64,000 bases of DNA from a virus (taxonomy: Duplodnaviria > Caudoviricetes): positions 18,586 to 82,585 of IMG/VR virus record IMGVR_UViG_3300020718_000278; one strand, written 5' to 3'. This document shows positions 1-9,905 of the stretch, piece by piece. Position numbers and translations under genes: made by a program. Below the pieces are notes generated by a model. That model was not told where the DNA came from. It saw nothing but the letters and a program-made list of their open reading frames with translations, and did not search any database. Every line of letters starts with the position of its first letter. The first letter of the stretch is position 1.

Positions 1-10
1 TTTATTTGAA

Positions 11-1027
11 TCATAGATTTTGATATATTTTTAACAACAATTTAGGATCATAAAATTCTGATTCTATATTTGTAATTTGATCAGTAACAATTTGATCAAC
101 ACTTTCAAATTTTACTTCCCCCGGAGCAAGATCTAAGTTTATATCAGTACGTTTAGATGGGATCAGCGCCATTTCTCGTAAATTATAATCTTTAATAAAT
201 GTTTCTTTAATAAAATTAGCTTCTTCGTAACTAATATCAATATCTAACTCTACACGAACATGCATGTTGGGTACAAATATATTGGCGCCATTATCTATTG
301 CTTCACTTAATTTCATAACACGATATAAAGGTTGTCCAGGCCAAGCATGATATACAGGATCTTTGCCCCAATCTAAAACCATCATGCCACGATCACTATC
401 GCCAGCATCGGCAAAGTTGTGCGGAAAACAATTTCCAATATATGTAACATTTTTTCGAGTTTGGCGTAAGTGGAAATGACCACTAAACACGCTTTCTACT
501 CCTTGAAAATTATCAACTTGTATTTCACCGTGGTCTGGCATTTCTACCATAGCATTCATTTTAAAATGTGGCAATTCAAAATGACCAAACATATACTTAG
601 AATTCATTTTACTTAATTTTTTATGGTCATCACCTACTAGCCACGGAGCAATTATAACATCATCTTGTTTAAACCAATCATTGACAATTATAATATTGGG
701 AATATGTTTTGCCCATTCTGCTCCATGTATATCTCGTTTATCACGATAATATAAATCGTGGTTGCCAGGAATAAAATAAAAAGTATCAAATGCTTTTGAT
801 AATTTTTCTATTGCTTGAACGCTAAATTGTAGTGTTTGTAAATTGATTGAAGCACGGTGATTATGCCAATCACCGAGAAACATTCCAGTTTCGCAACCTT
901 CTTCTTTGGCTTTGGCAATAAACCAATCAATAAATGTTTCACAATCTCGATTATGTACTAGACTATTGGATTTCAAACCCCAGTGTAGATCCGTACATAC
1001 TGCTACCTTTTTAAATAAATTACTCAT
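11..1027 (-). CDS. gp47: T4 gp47-like recombination endonuclease subunit (Mre11/SbcD metallophosphoesterase)
   Basis: Metallophosphoesterase motifs DLHWG, LGDWHN, GNHD, FGH and SGHFH; located next to the gp55-like gene as in T4-like phages. Confidence 0.92.
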   Translation of the reverse strand: MSNLFKKVAVCTDLHWGLKSNSLVHNRDCETFIDWFIAKAKEEGCETGMFLGDWHNHRASINLQTLQFSVQAIEKLSKAFDTFYFIPGNHDLYYRDKRDIHGAEWAKHIPNIIIVNDWFKQDDVIIAPWLVGDDHKKLSKMNSKYMFGHFELPHFKMNAMVEMPDHGEIQVDNFQGVESVFSGHFHLRQTRKNVTYIGNCFPHNFADAGDSDRGMMVLDWGKDPVYHAWPGQPLYRVMKLSEAIDNGANIFVPNMHVRVELDIDISYEEANFIKETFIKDYNLREMALIPSKRTDINLDLAPGEVKFESVDQIVTDQITNIESEFYDPKLLLKIYQNL

Positions 1028-1247
1028 CTATTTTTTTTTGTTCCCAGGCTTTGTAGCCATTGTGCGATTTTCCTTTTATAGTTTTCTCGATTACAGTTTT
1101 AGGTACTTGCCCCGTAATTCGAGCGAATTCGCTTTTACTTTTGTATTGTAGCATATTACCATCTGGGTGTTCAACTAATATGGCAACACTGACTTTTGCG
1201 GCACCAAGTAATCCATTTTTGATATTATTAGCTCTAAATTTATACAA
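1020..1247 (-). pseudogene. Probable C-terminal DNA-binding remnant of a homing endonuclease (NUMOD1/IENR1-like)
   Basis: 75 aa, TTG start immediately after an in-frame TAG; basic beta-beta-helix pattern (AILVEHPDGNMLQYKSKSEFARITG...KGKSHNGYKAW); no nuclease motif; 8-bp overlap with the gp47 start. Confidence 0.45.
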
Positions 1248-1256
1248 CTAAACTGG

Positions 1257-2177
1257 TTAATCTTCGTTATTATATTCGGCAATGTCAATATTGGTAACAA
1301 TACTACCAGCGTTGTGATTTTTTTTGCCAGCGTTTTGTCTTGTCCAAGAAGGATTCAACCCGTTCATTTCTAACATGTCATCACGAATGTTTTGATTTTT
1401 CTTTTCAGAATTAAGAACATGTGTAAATGAATTGGTAATTGCCGCAGTATAATAAGCAAATGGATTTTGTGATTTTGATTCGTCAAATCGTAAACCAATT
1501 TGTGATAATTGTACCAGGGCCGCTCCACGCATTTCTTCGTTGTAAGTATAGCCACGCCAGTTACTACGAGTAGCATATCGATCACATAATTTCATAAACA
1601 TATTGGCTAGTATACGAGTCATAGAGCCATGATCTTTGTTAAACTCGCCTCGATCCAAATCACCGATCCAGTGACTTTTACCCACAATAAATGGTTGTTT
1701 TTTATCATCTATTCTATAATGATAAAATGGGGGAAATGGAAGTCTTACATGCTTGGTATCATCCAATGCTGGTTCTATTGGCAAATCAAGCAACGGGTCT
1801 ACTTCTATATCAAATTCAAAAATATCTTCAATTTTTTTCTTTTTAGTAGTAGCAGATTTGGGGATTTTTTTTGGAGCCATAGGTATGTGTTCCCAACAAG
1901 TAACACGAAATACTAAATCAGTATTGGGTATTTTTTTAGGATCAATGACAACTCCTGTTTCTTTTTTAATACGGTCTGCTCGATTTCTACGAGCTTCTGC
2001 TACGGTACGTTGATTAATTTTTTCTACTGTGGGTAAAATAATATCATATTGATGGTCGTTTACGGGGTCTTTAAATGTACAATATGTATTTTTGGATAAG
2101 TGTATTTGCTTTAGAATATCTCTGTTATTGAGATAAATTACTTTTTTTGGTGTGGGGGTTATTGGGGCAGTAGCCAC
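1257..2177 (-). CDS. gp55: T4 gp55-like late-transcription sigma factor with long N-terminal extension
   Basis: C-terminal half NWRGYTYNEEMRGAALVQL...RFDESKSQNPFAYYTAAITNSF...EKKNQ matches the gp55 signature; GTG start preceded by GGAG. Confidence 0.88.
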   Translation of the reverse strand: MATAPITPTPKKVIYLNNRDILKQIHLSKNTYCTFKDPVNDHQYDIILPTVEKINQRTVAEARRNRADRIKKETGVVIDPKKIPNTDLVFRVTCWEHIPMAPKKIPKSATTKKKKIEDIFEFDIEVDPLLDLPIEPALDDTKHVRLPFPPFYHYRIDDKKQPFIVGKSHWIGDLDRGEFNKDHGSMTRILANMFMKLCDRYATRSNWRGYTYNEEMRGAALVQLSQIGLRFDESKSQNPFAYYTAAITNSFTHVLNSEKKNQNIRDDMLEMNGLNPSWTRQNAGKKNHNAGSIVTNIDIAEYNNED

Positions 2178-2203
2178 TGGTTAAATCTCCTATATATGTT
2201 GTA

Positions 2204-2231
2204 ATTATACAACGAAATTAAAATTTGTCAA
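2204..2231 (-). promoter_or_regulatory. sigma70-type promoter for gp55
   Basis: Minus strand TTGACA (2231-2226), 16-bp spacer, TATAAT (2209-2204). Confidence 0.7.
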
Positions 2232-2265
2232 CCTTTTTAACATAATATGACTACATTATTTAAGA

Positions 2266-2273
2266 TATAAATA
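2266..2273 (+). promoter_or_regulatory. T4-type late promoter TATAAATA
   Basis: Exact T4 late consensus 21 nt upstream of the structural operon start at 2295. Confidence 0.8.
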
Positions 2274-2294
2274 TGAATATAGGAAAAGAAAGAT

Positions 2295-3206
2295 ATGGCG
2301 GCCACACAAGGTACAGTAAACGTTACACAAGCACCCTTAAATACCACGGCTGGATCACCAGCGACTGCACAAATTATAGCAGGTACGTCAGATGCTCAAC
2401 AACAGCCAGCGATTGCCACTCAACAAAGTCAGGCAGCAAGTAGTACTGATTGGCGATTAAAAATAAGTTTAGCACAAAATGCCACGTATTTGTATAATGA
2501 TCCTAACCCAGGTATACTACAACCATTAAGATCAACAAACGGAGTAATTTTTCCATATACTCCAAAAATTGATTTAACTTACAGAGCTAACTATTCTCCA
2601 TACGAATTAACGCATTCTAATTATAAAGGATATTTTTATCAAAATAGTAATGTTAGTGATATTAACATTGTAGGAAATTTTACGGCTCAAACTACCAATG
2701 ACGCAAATTATTTGTTGGCGGTAATACATTTTTTCCGTTCGGCTACAAAAATGTTTTATGGTCAAGATGCTCAACGCGGAGTGCCTCCGCCGCTAGTGTT
2801 TATGTCTGGGCTTGGACAATATCAATTTAATAATCACCCTTGTGTGATTAGCAGTTTTCAATATACCTTGCCAGAAGATGTAGATTATATTCGAGCCTCG
2901 GTGGCAAATAATGTTGGACTTAATGCCTCGACAATAAGCAACGTTTTAAATAGCGTAGTGGCAGCAGGCGGAATAAGTGGTAATGCCAGACTGGCAGCGG
3001 CATTTACAACTCCAGGAGCACTGCCAATTACTCCTTTTGGAAGCATAAACACTCCTAACAACGCTTCCGGGGTTCCAACATATGTGCCAACAAAAATGTC
3101 TGTGTCAATCACATTATTGCCTATGAACTCTAGACAACAAATTAGTCAACAATTTAGTCTCAAAGGATTTGCCAATGGCAATTTACTCCGAGGAGGATTT
3201 TGGTAA
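2295..3206 (+). CDS. Baseplate/tail-tube initiator-like protein (gp48/gp54-like)
   Basis: First gene of the baseplate operon; GVIFPYTPKI...THSNY...F(T)AQ...IHFFRSATKMFYG...PPPLVF..G.G tube-fold-like pattern; followed by a gp53-like gene. Confidence 0.6.
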   Translation: MAATQGTVNVTQAPLNTTAGSPATAQIIAGTSDAQQQPAIATQQSQAASSTDWRLKISLAQNATYLYNDPNPGILQPLRSTNGVIFPYTPKIDLTYRANYSPYELTHSNYKGYFYQNSNVSDINIVGNFTAQTTNDANYLLAVIHFFRSATKMFYGQDAQRGVPPPLVFMSGLGQYQFNNHPCVISSFQYTLPEDVDYIRASVANNVGLNASTISNVLNSVVAAGGISGNARLAAAFTTPGALPITPFGSINTPNNASGVPTYVPTKMSVSITLLPMNSRQQISQQFSLKGFANGNLLRGGFW

Positions 3207-3505
3207 TGGCAAACTACGATCAAACAAGTCCATACTATTTGACACGATATAGTCAATTCTTTTTGGATGTAATGGTTAATAGGCCAATACCCAAACTTGT
3301 TGATGACCAACACTGGCAGATAAATTTAACGTATCAATACAGACCAGATTTGTTGGCTTATGATTTATATCAAAATAGTAATTTATGGTGGGTGTTTTAT
3401 CAGCGTAATCCTAATACATTAAACGCTCCGCCATTAGATTTTAAATCTGGTACAAAAATTTATCTGCCTAAAATTACCACACTTAAATCTGTGTTAGGAT
3501 TCTAA
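3200..3505 (+). CDS. gp53: Baseplate wedge protein, gp53/P2 gpX (LysM-like)
   Basis: YQYRPDLLAYDLYQNSNLWWVF..RNP...G.KIYLP motif, 101 aa. Confidence 0.75.
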   Translation: MVMANYDQTSPYYLTRYSQFFLDVMVNRPIPKLVDDQHWQINLTYQYRPDLLAYDLYQNSNLWWVFYQRNPNTLNAPPLDFKSGTKIYLPKITTLKSVLGF

Positions 3506-3506
3506 T

Positions 3507-4826
3507 ATGGCACTTCCAACACAAGCCCAGCTTGCCGCTATCGATGCTGCTTCAGGTGGAACTGCATCTGTGCCACTAACAGCCGAACAGCAACAAATCG
3601 TTACATTAGGGCAAAGCCAATCAACTTCCTCGCAAACCGTACCTGGGCCAGTACCTTATAATGCGCCAGTTTTTACACAGGATCAGTTAAATCAAAATTT
3701 ATCAGCAAGTCAACCAGCTGTAGGAACGCCCGGTAGCGATCAAGCCGGACCACCAGAGCCCACTGCTCCATCTACTCCAGGTGCCGGGGCAGCAACAGAT
3801 GATAATTCTAATGGCGCTAATACAACATCGGGTACCAATTCCATTTTAAACACGGCTACTGCACCTGGATCGTTAATTACGCCACAACCCAATATATTAG
3901 ATCAATTTGCCAGTTATACATATAATATTGGTTGGTATTTGTTGACTCCTGATCAAGCTAGAGCCGTGTCGGAACCAATCAAAATTGATGTAACACAATG
4001 GTCTCTTTTAGTTCAAAGCGGTGGTGCCGGCCTAGAGCAAACGGGAATATTTCAAGCAGGAACTGCCGCTGCTTCTCTTAATCCTTTGGTGGAAACAGTT
4101 GCCAATAGATTAGGACTTAGTACGCTGTCTACTACAGGGCGTAACAAATATTTTACATACGATTATTATTTAGATGATTTAGAAATTCAAATTCCATTTG
4201 TAAAAGAAGCGGGGGCTACGGTGCTTTCTTTCACAGTACAAGAACCATACGGATTGACATTATTGCCAAATCTCATGAACGCTGTTAATGATTTGTATAA
4301 ACAAGACGCAGCATCAGCTAGTAATGCTCAGTATTGTTTGGTAGTAAAATTTTATGGGTGGGACGCTAAAGGCAATTTAATATCGAGTCCTAAACAAAAT
4401 GAAGGTATACCTGGAATAACGCCATCTGTATCTAATGCAGTAGTTACAAGATATTACCCGTTTCAAATTATTAAATTAGATTTTAAGCAAGCCAGCAAGG
4501 GGGTATCATATCATATAGAAGGGTCTTGTCAAAATTTTGTTTATGCCAAGTCCAGTGCCACAGGTAGTATTCCGTTTAATTTTGAACTCACTGGGACAAC
4601 CGTAGGAGAAGTATTGACAGGGTCTGGAAAAGGAGTAGGCAGTGCTGCCAAAGCTTCCGCTACAGATGGTAGAGAAGGAAAATCTACATCTTCTCCAGCA
4701 CCCGTTCGAACAACATTTGAAACCACTGCTTTTACTGAATCTACACCCACAACAGCAACTTATAATGCTGATGGTTCAGTTAATGCCGCTGATTTGAGCG
4801 GCTGGTCAAACGCAGGAGGAACATAG
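3507..4826 (+). CDS. Baseplate hub-like protein, N-terminal part (gp27/gpD-like)
   Basis: Position between gp53-like and gp5-like genes; PNILDQFASYTYN, FTVQEPYG, VKFYGWD motifs; Ala/Thr/Pro-rich N-terminus. Confidence 0.55.
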   Translation: MALPTQAQLAAIDAASGGTASVPLTAEQQQIVTLGQSQSTSSQTVPGPVPYNAPVFTQDQLNQNLSASQPAVGTPGSDQAGPPEPTAPSTPGAGAATDDNSNGANTTSGTNSILNTATAPGSLITPQPNILDQFASYTYNIGWYLLTPDQARAVSEPIKIDVTQWSLLVQSGGAGLEQTGIFQAGTAAASLNPLVETVANRLGLSTLSTTGRNKYFTYDYYLDDLEIQIPFVKEAGATVLSFTVQEPYGLTLLPNLMNAVNDLYKQDAASASNAQYCLVVKFYGWDAKGNLISSPKQNEGIPGITPSVSNAVVTRYYPFQIIKLDFKQASKGVSYHIEGSCQNFVYAKSSATGSIPFNFELTGTTVGEVLTGSGKGVGSAAKASATDGREGKSTSSPAPVRTTFETTAFTESTPTTATYNADGSVNAADLSGWSNAGGT

Positions 4827-4827
4827 C

Positions 4828-6591
4828 ATGGCAGCAATATATGATGCATTGGGTAATCACATAGGAGACGACAGCACCGGACCAGGAGTTAGGTCGGCTA
4901 GTGGATTAGACATTAATAAAGCCGACCCTACCACGCCCCCTCCAACAGCCGCATCCGCCCCTCAGGGCAACACAAAATATGGTTATGTGGGGTTATGCGA
5001 TGCGTTAAATGCCTACGAACAAGGTTTAGTGGCGGCCGGAACAGTAGAAATTGCCAACATTTATGAAATACAATTTGTACCTCAAACCATAGCAGCATCT
5101 TCGCTTCAGCCACCCGGCGCAACTGACTATTCATCAACTGCAAATCAAACTAATGGATCTGCTCAATCCAAAATAAATCCAGATTCAAACAGCGTGAATA
5201 TGAAAAGCAAAAATCTGTCACCGGCACAAGGAACACAGATAGTACAATTTATTGAACAAACAATGCGAAACAGTGGTTATATTACTCAGCAATTATTATC
5301 AACAGGCGATCAACTTGATGCCGCTGCTAAATCTACACCCAACTCGGCTAGCGAAAAAAAACCAGTATCTTGGTTTAAAATTGTTACTAATGCTGTTTGT
5401 ATTGGTAACACAATAGATAAAAAAAGAAATGATTTTGCTTACCGTATAACTTATACCATTGTGAATTATGCTATCAATGAAGCTCAAAGTCAATATACGA
5501 AAAGTGCAAAATTTAGAGGAGTACATAAGCGTTATGATTATTGGTTTACTGGACTGAATACTCAAATATTAAATTATGAGCAAAAATACAATACGCAATA
5601 TTTCAACGTGTTAGATAGCAAAGCACCAACTGAAACCGATCAAAATAAAACAGGATCCGCCGTAACCAATGGCACACCAAACACTTCTGATATTGGAAAA
5701 GCCATGGGGCCAAATAGAAATGTTCCAACCACCGCGTCAAGTCAAAGCGATCAACAATTAAAAAATGGTGCTGGAAATCCAGCAAGTACAATCGCTGATT
5801 TTTTGTATTCTCAAAGCGATCAAGCAACAGTTAAATTAGAAATTATAGGTGATCCGGCATTTTTAGTTCAAGGGGAAATGAAAGGAATTGGCGCCGGGGC
5901 AATCATAAATGCTCCATTTTATCCAGATGGATCAGTAAACACAGAAATTCAAGAAATAGTTTTTTCAATTAATTTTAATACTGCTGGTGATTACAACAAT
6001 GGTATAAGCGGACCTTACAGTGGCACAGGATTAATGGATATTGGCGGGCAAGAAGCCACCAAGGGAATTAATACATCATCTGCCCCAGCTCAGGCTAGTG
6101 CGGCTTACGCGGCATTTAAAGTAACAAATCATTTTATTAAAGGTAAATTTACGCAAGATTTGGAAGGACGTATTTTACAAAATCTAAATTCCCAGCAAAT
6201 TGATACTGCCGCGGGAAGAGCTTCTAGTATTTCCAATAAACTAGGACAATTGACTGGACTTTTGAACTCGGTAGCGCGAGTTCCTAACATAATAAACTCA
6301 GGAATAAGTGCGGTAGGGGGAGTAATAAACTCTTCAATAGCTGCATTATCGGTAGCGGCTCAAACACTTTATTCGTCTAATGCTGATAATTCTGCTGCCC
6401 CCATCAATAATGAAAGTTCTCAACCAGCTGCTCCTGCTGAACCACCAACATCTAATGGCGACATTAACACAGAGCAGGCGGGACCTCCGTCCCCGCCGCC
6501 AGAAATTCTTTTGCAAAATCAACTATCCGGAGATGGAGTTACCGCAAATGTTGATACAAGCGTTCAAATTATGGCAGCTCCTGATGCCTAA
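4828..6591 (+). CDS. Baseplate hub-like protein, C-terminal part (gp27/gpD-like)
   Basis: RYDYWFTGLNTQIL, LEIIGDPAFL and KVTNHFIKGKFTQDLEG (hub-type C-terminal motifs); own GGAGGA SD 7 nt before the ATG. Confidence 0.55.
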   Translation: MAAIYDALGNHIGDDSTGPGVRSASGLDINKADPTTPPPTAASAPQGNTKYGYVGLCDALNAYEQGLVAAGTVEIANIYEIQFVPQTIAASSLQPPGATDYSSTANQTNGSAQSKINPDSNSVNMKSKNLSPAQGTQIVQFIEQTMRNSGYITQQLLSTGDQLDAAAKSTPNSASEKKPVSWFKIVTNAVCIGNTIDKKRNDFAYRITYTIVNYAINEAQSQYTKSAKFRGVHKRYDYWFTGLNTQILNYEQKYNTQYFNVLDSKAPTETDQNKTGSAVTNGTPNTSDIGKAMGPNRNVPTTASSQSDQQLKNGAGNPASTIADFLYSQSDQATVKLEIIGDPAFLVQGEMKGIGAGAIINAPFYPDGSVNTEIQEIVFSINFNTAGDYNNGISGPYSGTGLMDIGGQEATKGINTSSAPAQASAAYAAFKVTNHFIKGKFTQDLEGRILQNLNSQQIDTAAGRASSISNKLGQLTGLLNSVARVPNIINSGISAVGGVINSSIAALSVAAQTLYSSNADNSAAPINNESSQPAAPAEPPTSNGDINTEQAGPPSPPPEILLQNQLSGDGVTANVDTSVQIMAAPDA

Positions 6592-6593
6592 GG

Positions 6594-6599
6594 TAAATA
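6594..6599 (+). promoter_or_regulatory. Late promoter core TAAATA, 6 nt before the gp5-like ATG
   Basis: aggTAAATAtatcatATG(6606). Confidence 0.5.
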
Positions 6600-6605
6600 T
6601 ATCAT

Positions 6606-8123
6606 ATGTCAGTTAATGTACAAAGATCAACCGGCCGAGCATCAAATTATAAATTTGACCGTGGAGGAATGCCTACAGATTTTGGGCCTTTTATTGGCGA
6701 AATAATGAATAATGTTGATCCTACACGCAGTGGTAGAGTGCAAGTTTATATCAATCAATTTGCTGGCGGTGATAAAAAAAATAAAACATTATGGAGAACA
6801 GTAAGTTACATTCCGCCTTTTGGTGGGGCTACACCTAAAACAAGTACATCAACAGGTGTTGGAACTTATGGCAACAACAACAATCAACAAAGTTATGGAA
6901 TGAGTTTTAATCCTCCAGATATTGGAGTGGAAGTTTTATGCTTTTTTGTGGCAGGAGATCCCAATCAAGGTTATTATATAGGGGTTGTACCGCAACAAGG
7001 TGCTAATCATATGGTCCCTGCGATAGGAGCAACTTCCAAAGCAGTACCACAAAACGCAAATCAATCAACGTATTTTGCTAAAAGTCCTCAGTTACCAACA
7101 GCAGAAATTAATAATGCTGAAACAAATACCACAATCACTGAAAACCCACAATTTTTTAATCAAGAAAAACCAGTACATAGCTATGTGGCTTCTACCTTAT
7201 TTCAGCAGGGCACCGTTAATGATCCTATTCGAGGCCCAATATCATCATCCAGTCAAAGAGAAAGTCCAACAACTGCCTTTGGAATGAGCACTCCCGGTAG
7301 ACCAGTATATCAAGGGGGACTTAAAGATACTACTATCCAACAGCAAGTAGCTTCTGGTTCAGTTCCTCCAGAGGCAGTTAATGTTGTGGGACGTAAAGGC
7401 GGTCATTCATTTGTTATGGACGATGGAGATGTAGGCGGAAATAATGCGCTAATACGTATTCGAACCGCCAAAGGTCACCAAATTACAATGAGTGATGACG
7501 GAAATTCTTTTTACATATCACATTCTAGCGGTCAAGTTTGGTTGGAATTTGGTCAAGAAGGTACAATGGATGTTTATGCCACTAATTCAATTAATTTGCG
7601 TACCGAAGGTACTATAAATTTACACGCCGACAAAGATTTTAATGTATTTGCTGGAGGCAACATTAATATGAAGAGTAATGTTGCAACTGTGTTAGAAAGC
7701 ACAGGTAGTTTTACTTGTGCTACAGCAGATACATTAAAATTTTTTAGCGAAACTACTATAGGCATTAAAAGTAATGGACAGCTAGGACTTGATTCTATTG
7801 GTGGATTTTGGAATGGCAGAAGTGGTTCGTTGGTACTACAAGGATCATCGGTGGAAATAAATCCTGGCTTTGCCCCAACTGTATCAGTTCCAACCGGGCT
7901 AGTGGAATACACCATGCCAGATAGTGCATTTAATACTAGCAGTGGCTGGGCGGTGTCTGCTACAGGTGTAGACAGTATTGTAACCCGTGCTCCATCTCAT
8001 GAACCATGGCCTTATCATAACCAAGGTGTCCAAGTAAATGTTAATTTAGGAGACGGAACTAATTCTGCTCCTCCAAGCGCGCCTACTATCCCCGCAGGAA
8101 CTACTATAACTAAAACATCATGA
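6606..8123 (+). CDS. gp5: gp5/VgrG-like baseplate central spike (OB-fold plus beta-helix, no lysozyme domain)
   Basis: GPFIGEIMNNVDPTRSGRVQVYI OB-fold start; GHSFVMDD...IRTAKGHQITMSDD followed by beta-helix-like repeats. Confidence 0.8.
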   Translation: MSVNVQRSTGRASNYKFDRGGMPTDFGPFIGEIMNNVDPTRSGRVQVYINQFAGGDKKNKTLWRTVSYIPPFGGATPKTSTSTGVGTYGNNNNQQSYGMSFNPPDIGVEVLCFFVAGDPNQGYYIGVVPQQGANHMVPAIGATSKAVPQNANQSTYFAKSPQLPTAEINNAETNTTITENPQFFNQEKPVHSYVASTLFQQGTVNDPIRGPISSSSQRESPTTAFGMSTPGRPVYQGGLKDTTIQQQVASGSVPPEAVNVVGRKGGHSFVMDDGDVGGNNALIRIRTAKGHQITMSDDGNSFYISHSSGQVWLEFGQEGTMDVYATNSINLRTEGTINLHADKDFNVFAGGNINMKSNVATVLESTGSFTCATADTLKFFSETTIGIKSNGQLGLDSIGGFWNGRSGSLVLQGSSVEINPGFAPTVSVPTGLVEYTMPDSAFNTSSGWAVSATGVDSIVTRAPSHEPWPYHNQGVQVNVNLGDGTNSAPPSAPTIPAGTTITKTS

Positions 8124-9001
8124 GTATTTTTAATTACACGTTACCTTCCGGAGCAACTTTTCAATTAAATGCTCCCGCTGGCACCACTCAAGCTCAAGCC
8201 GATGTAATTTTTTATTCGCAGGTGGCTTCTGGAACATTTGTTGGATATAAAACAGGGGATAAATTAACACATCCAAAAGAAGCGCTTAATAATTTTGGGA
8301 TCACAAGATTACAAAGAGGCACTGCTGGAGTCGATGATAAAACATTGCTGGCAATTATAGCTGGTCTTCCGGTAGTAGCTCCACTTCCAAATTTATCAAC
8401 GGTACCAGTAGCAAATGCTATTAATTCAGCAAATTATTTGCAAGTTGCCAGTGTTCCAACTCCTGCTAATCCTTCCGTTACTCCTGCTGGAAATTTTAGT
8501 CAAGGATCCACAGGTGTTGGACAATTATCTGCGGCACAAACACAAGCAGTAATGGCACAAATAGCATCAACGGTGGGACAGGCGTATAATGTGATTACTC
8601 AAGCAAAAGGGGTTGGAAAATATGGATTTAATTCACAACAACTTGAAAAAGCTGGATACATTAAACCTGGATATTCTCAACAATATTGTCCTATTAATCC
8701 TGCTACTTTTGCCAACCCAAATAATTTTGTTTCATTTATGGAATCTCCAACACCATGGACGGGCTTAAATGCGGTAACCAGTGTAAGTGATATATTAAAT
8801 AATTTGCCTATACAAAATCAAATTCAAGAAAGTTTAATGATTCAAAGTTATAATACTTACGTCTCTTTAGGAATAATTGTTCCTTCAATTCCTACTGTAA
8901 CTACCCCGTCAATAAGTACGGGGCAGGTATATAGCAATACTGGAAGTTTAGTATCTGCTTCTGTATTATCTTTATTAACCAACCCAACAGGATCAATATA
9001 A
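8120..9001 (+). CDS. Virion protein with a lysozyme-like (possibly degenerate) domain
   Basis: GVGKYGFNSQQLEKAGYIKPG...WTG...IQNQIQ resembles the GKYQF...LE..GY lysozyme-like motif; directly after gp5. Confidence 0.4.
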   Translation: MSIFNYTLPSGATFQLNAPAGTTQAQADVIFYSQVASGTFVGYKTGDKLTHPKEALNNFGITRLQRGTAGVDDKTLLAIIAGLPVVAPLPNLSTVPVANAINSANYLQVASVPTPANPSVTPAGNFSQGSTGVGQLSAAQTQAVMAQIASTVGQAYNVITQAKGVGKYGFNSQQLEKAGYIKPGYSQQYCPINPATFANPNNFVSFMESPTPWTGLNAVTSVSDILNNLPIQNQIQESLMIQSYNTYVSLGIIVPSIPTVTTPSISTGQVYSNTGSLVSASVLSLLTNPTGSI

Positions 9002-9897
9002 TGGCCACAACAGCTGATGGAACACCAATCTATACACAAAATCAAATAAATCAAGTCCTTGATACCGGAACAAATTTATCAACAGTTACTACCGGAACAG
9101 TTCCTGCAGCGATTTCTAATCTTGGCTCTGATGCGGTAGCTTCTTTTAACGCAGGATTATCGAGTTTGTCATCGGGAGCGGTTGGATTTAACACATCTAT
9201 GCTGGCAAACATTCAAGCAGCAACAGGTAATTCTGTAAGTCAGCTTACAGGACTAGCTTCGGGGTTGACTGGAGGCGATGTAGCCAGCGCAGCATCATCA
9301 ATTACTACTGCGGTCAACGGTGACATCGGTGCGTTAGTTGCTAATGGTAGCAAATACGGCGACGCCGCTACAGCATTATGGGCGCAAGGAGCAAATTCAC
9401 TTACTAGTCTTGGTGATAATTTTAGCAACGCTGCCGGGGGAATATCTACGGCTGCGCTTGATGCTGTTACCAATCTTGCTGATACGGTAACAGGAGCTGC
9501 CGACGGATTAGCAGGATCAGTGTCTAGTGCCTTAGATACTTTAGGAAAATCAGTTCAATCCGCTATTGATTTTGCTGATACTAATTTATCAGGTTTGATA
9601 TCAGGGGTTCAGCCAGCAGCTGGATTTACAAATACAGTTAATCGAGCTACAGTAGATGCTGCTGTAACAAGAGTTATCGGAGCTGATAAAATATCCCCTC
9701 CAACATATGAAATACCATCAGCAGAAAGTTTAGGTATAGCGGCAGACATTGCACAGGCCAAAGCATTTTTGGCCCAAGCACAATCAGCAGTTTCGGAAGC
9801 AATAGGGCAAGGACAAGCCTTAATTGGGCAAGCTCAATCGGCCGCAACAGGGCTAGCCAATCAAGCGCAATCGTCGGTCAAGAATCTTTTTGGATAA
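9001..9897 (+). CDS. Ala/Gly/Ser/Thr-rich helical virion protein, function unknown
   Basis: Low-complexity amphipathic helices; TAATG translational coupling to the upstream gene. Confidence 0.5.
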   Translation: MATTADGTPIYTQNQINQVLDTGTNLSTVTTGTVPAAISNLGSDAVASFNAGLSSLSSGAVGFNTSMLANIQAATGNSVSQLTGLASGLTGGDVASAASSITTAVNGDIGALVANGSKYGDAATALWAQGANSLTSLGDNFSNAAGGISTAALDAVTNLADTVTGAADGLAGSVSSALDTLGKSVQSAIDFADTNLSGLISGVQPAAGFTNTVNRATVDAAVTRVIGADKISPPTYEIPSAESLGIAADIAQAKAFLAQAQSAVSEAIGQGQALIGQAQSAATGLANQAQSSVKNLFG

Positions 9898-9900
9898 ATA
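9893..9900 (+). promoter_or_regulatory. Late promoter GATAAATA, 5 nt before the gp25 ATG
   Basis: gaTAAATA-tttta-ATG(9906), no SD. Confidence 0.6.
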
Positions 9901-9905
9901 TTTTA

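Noticed and set aside
9001-9897. Tape-measure protein
   Set aside because: Composition fits but 298 aa is far too short for this phage type, and it lacks periodic Trp/Phe repeats
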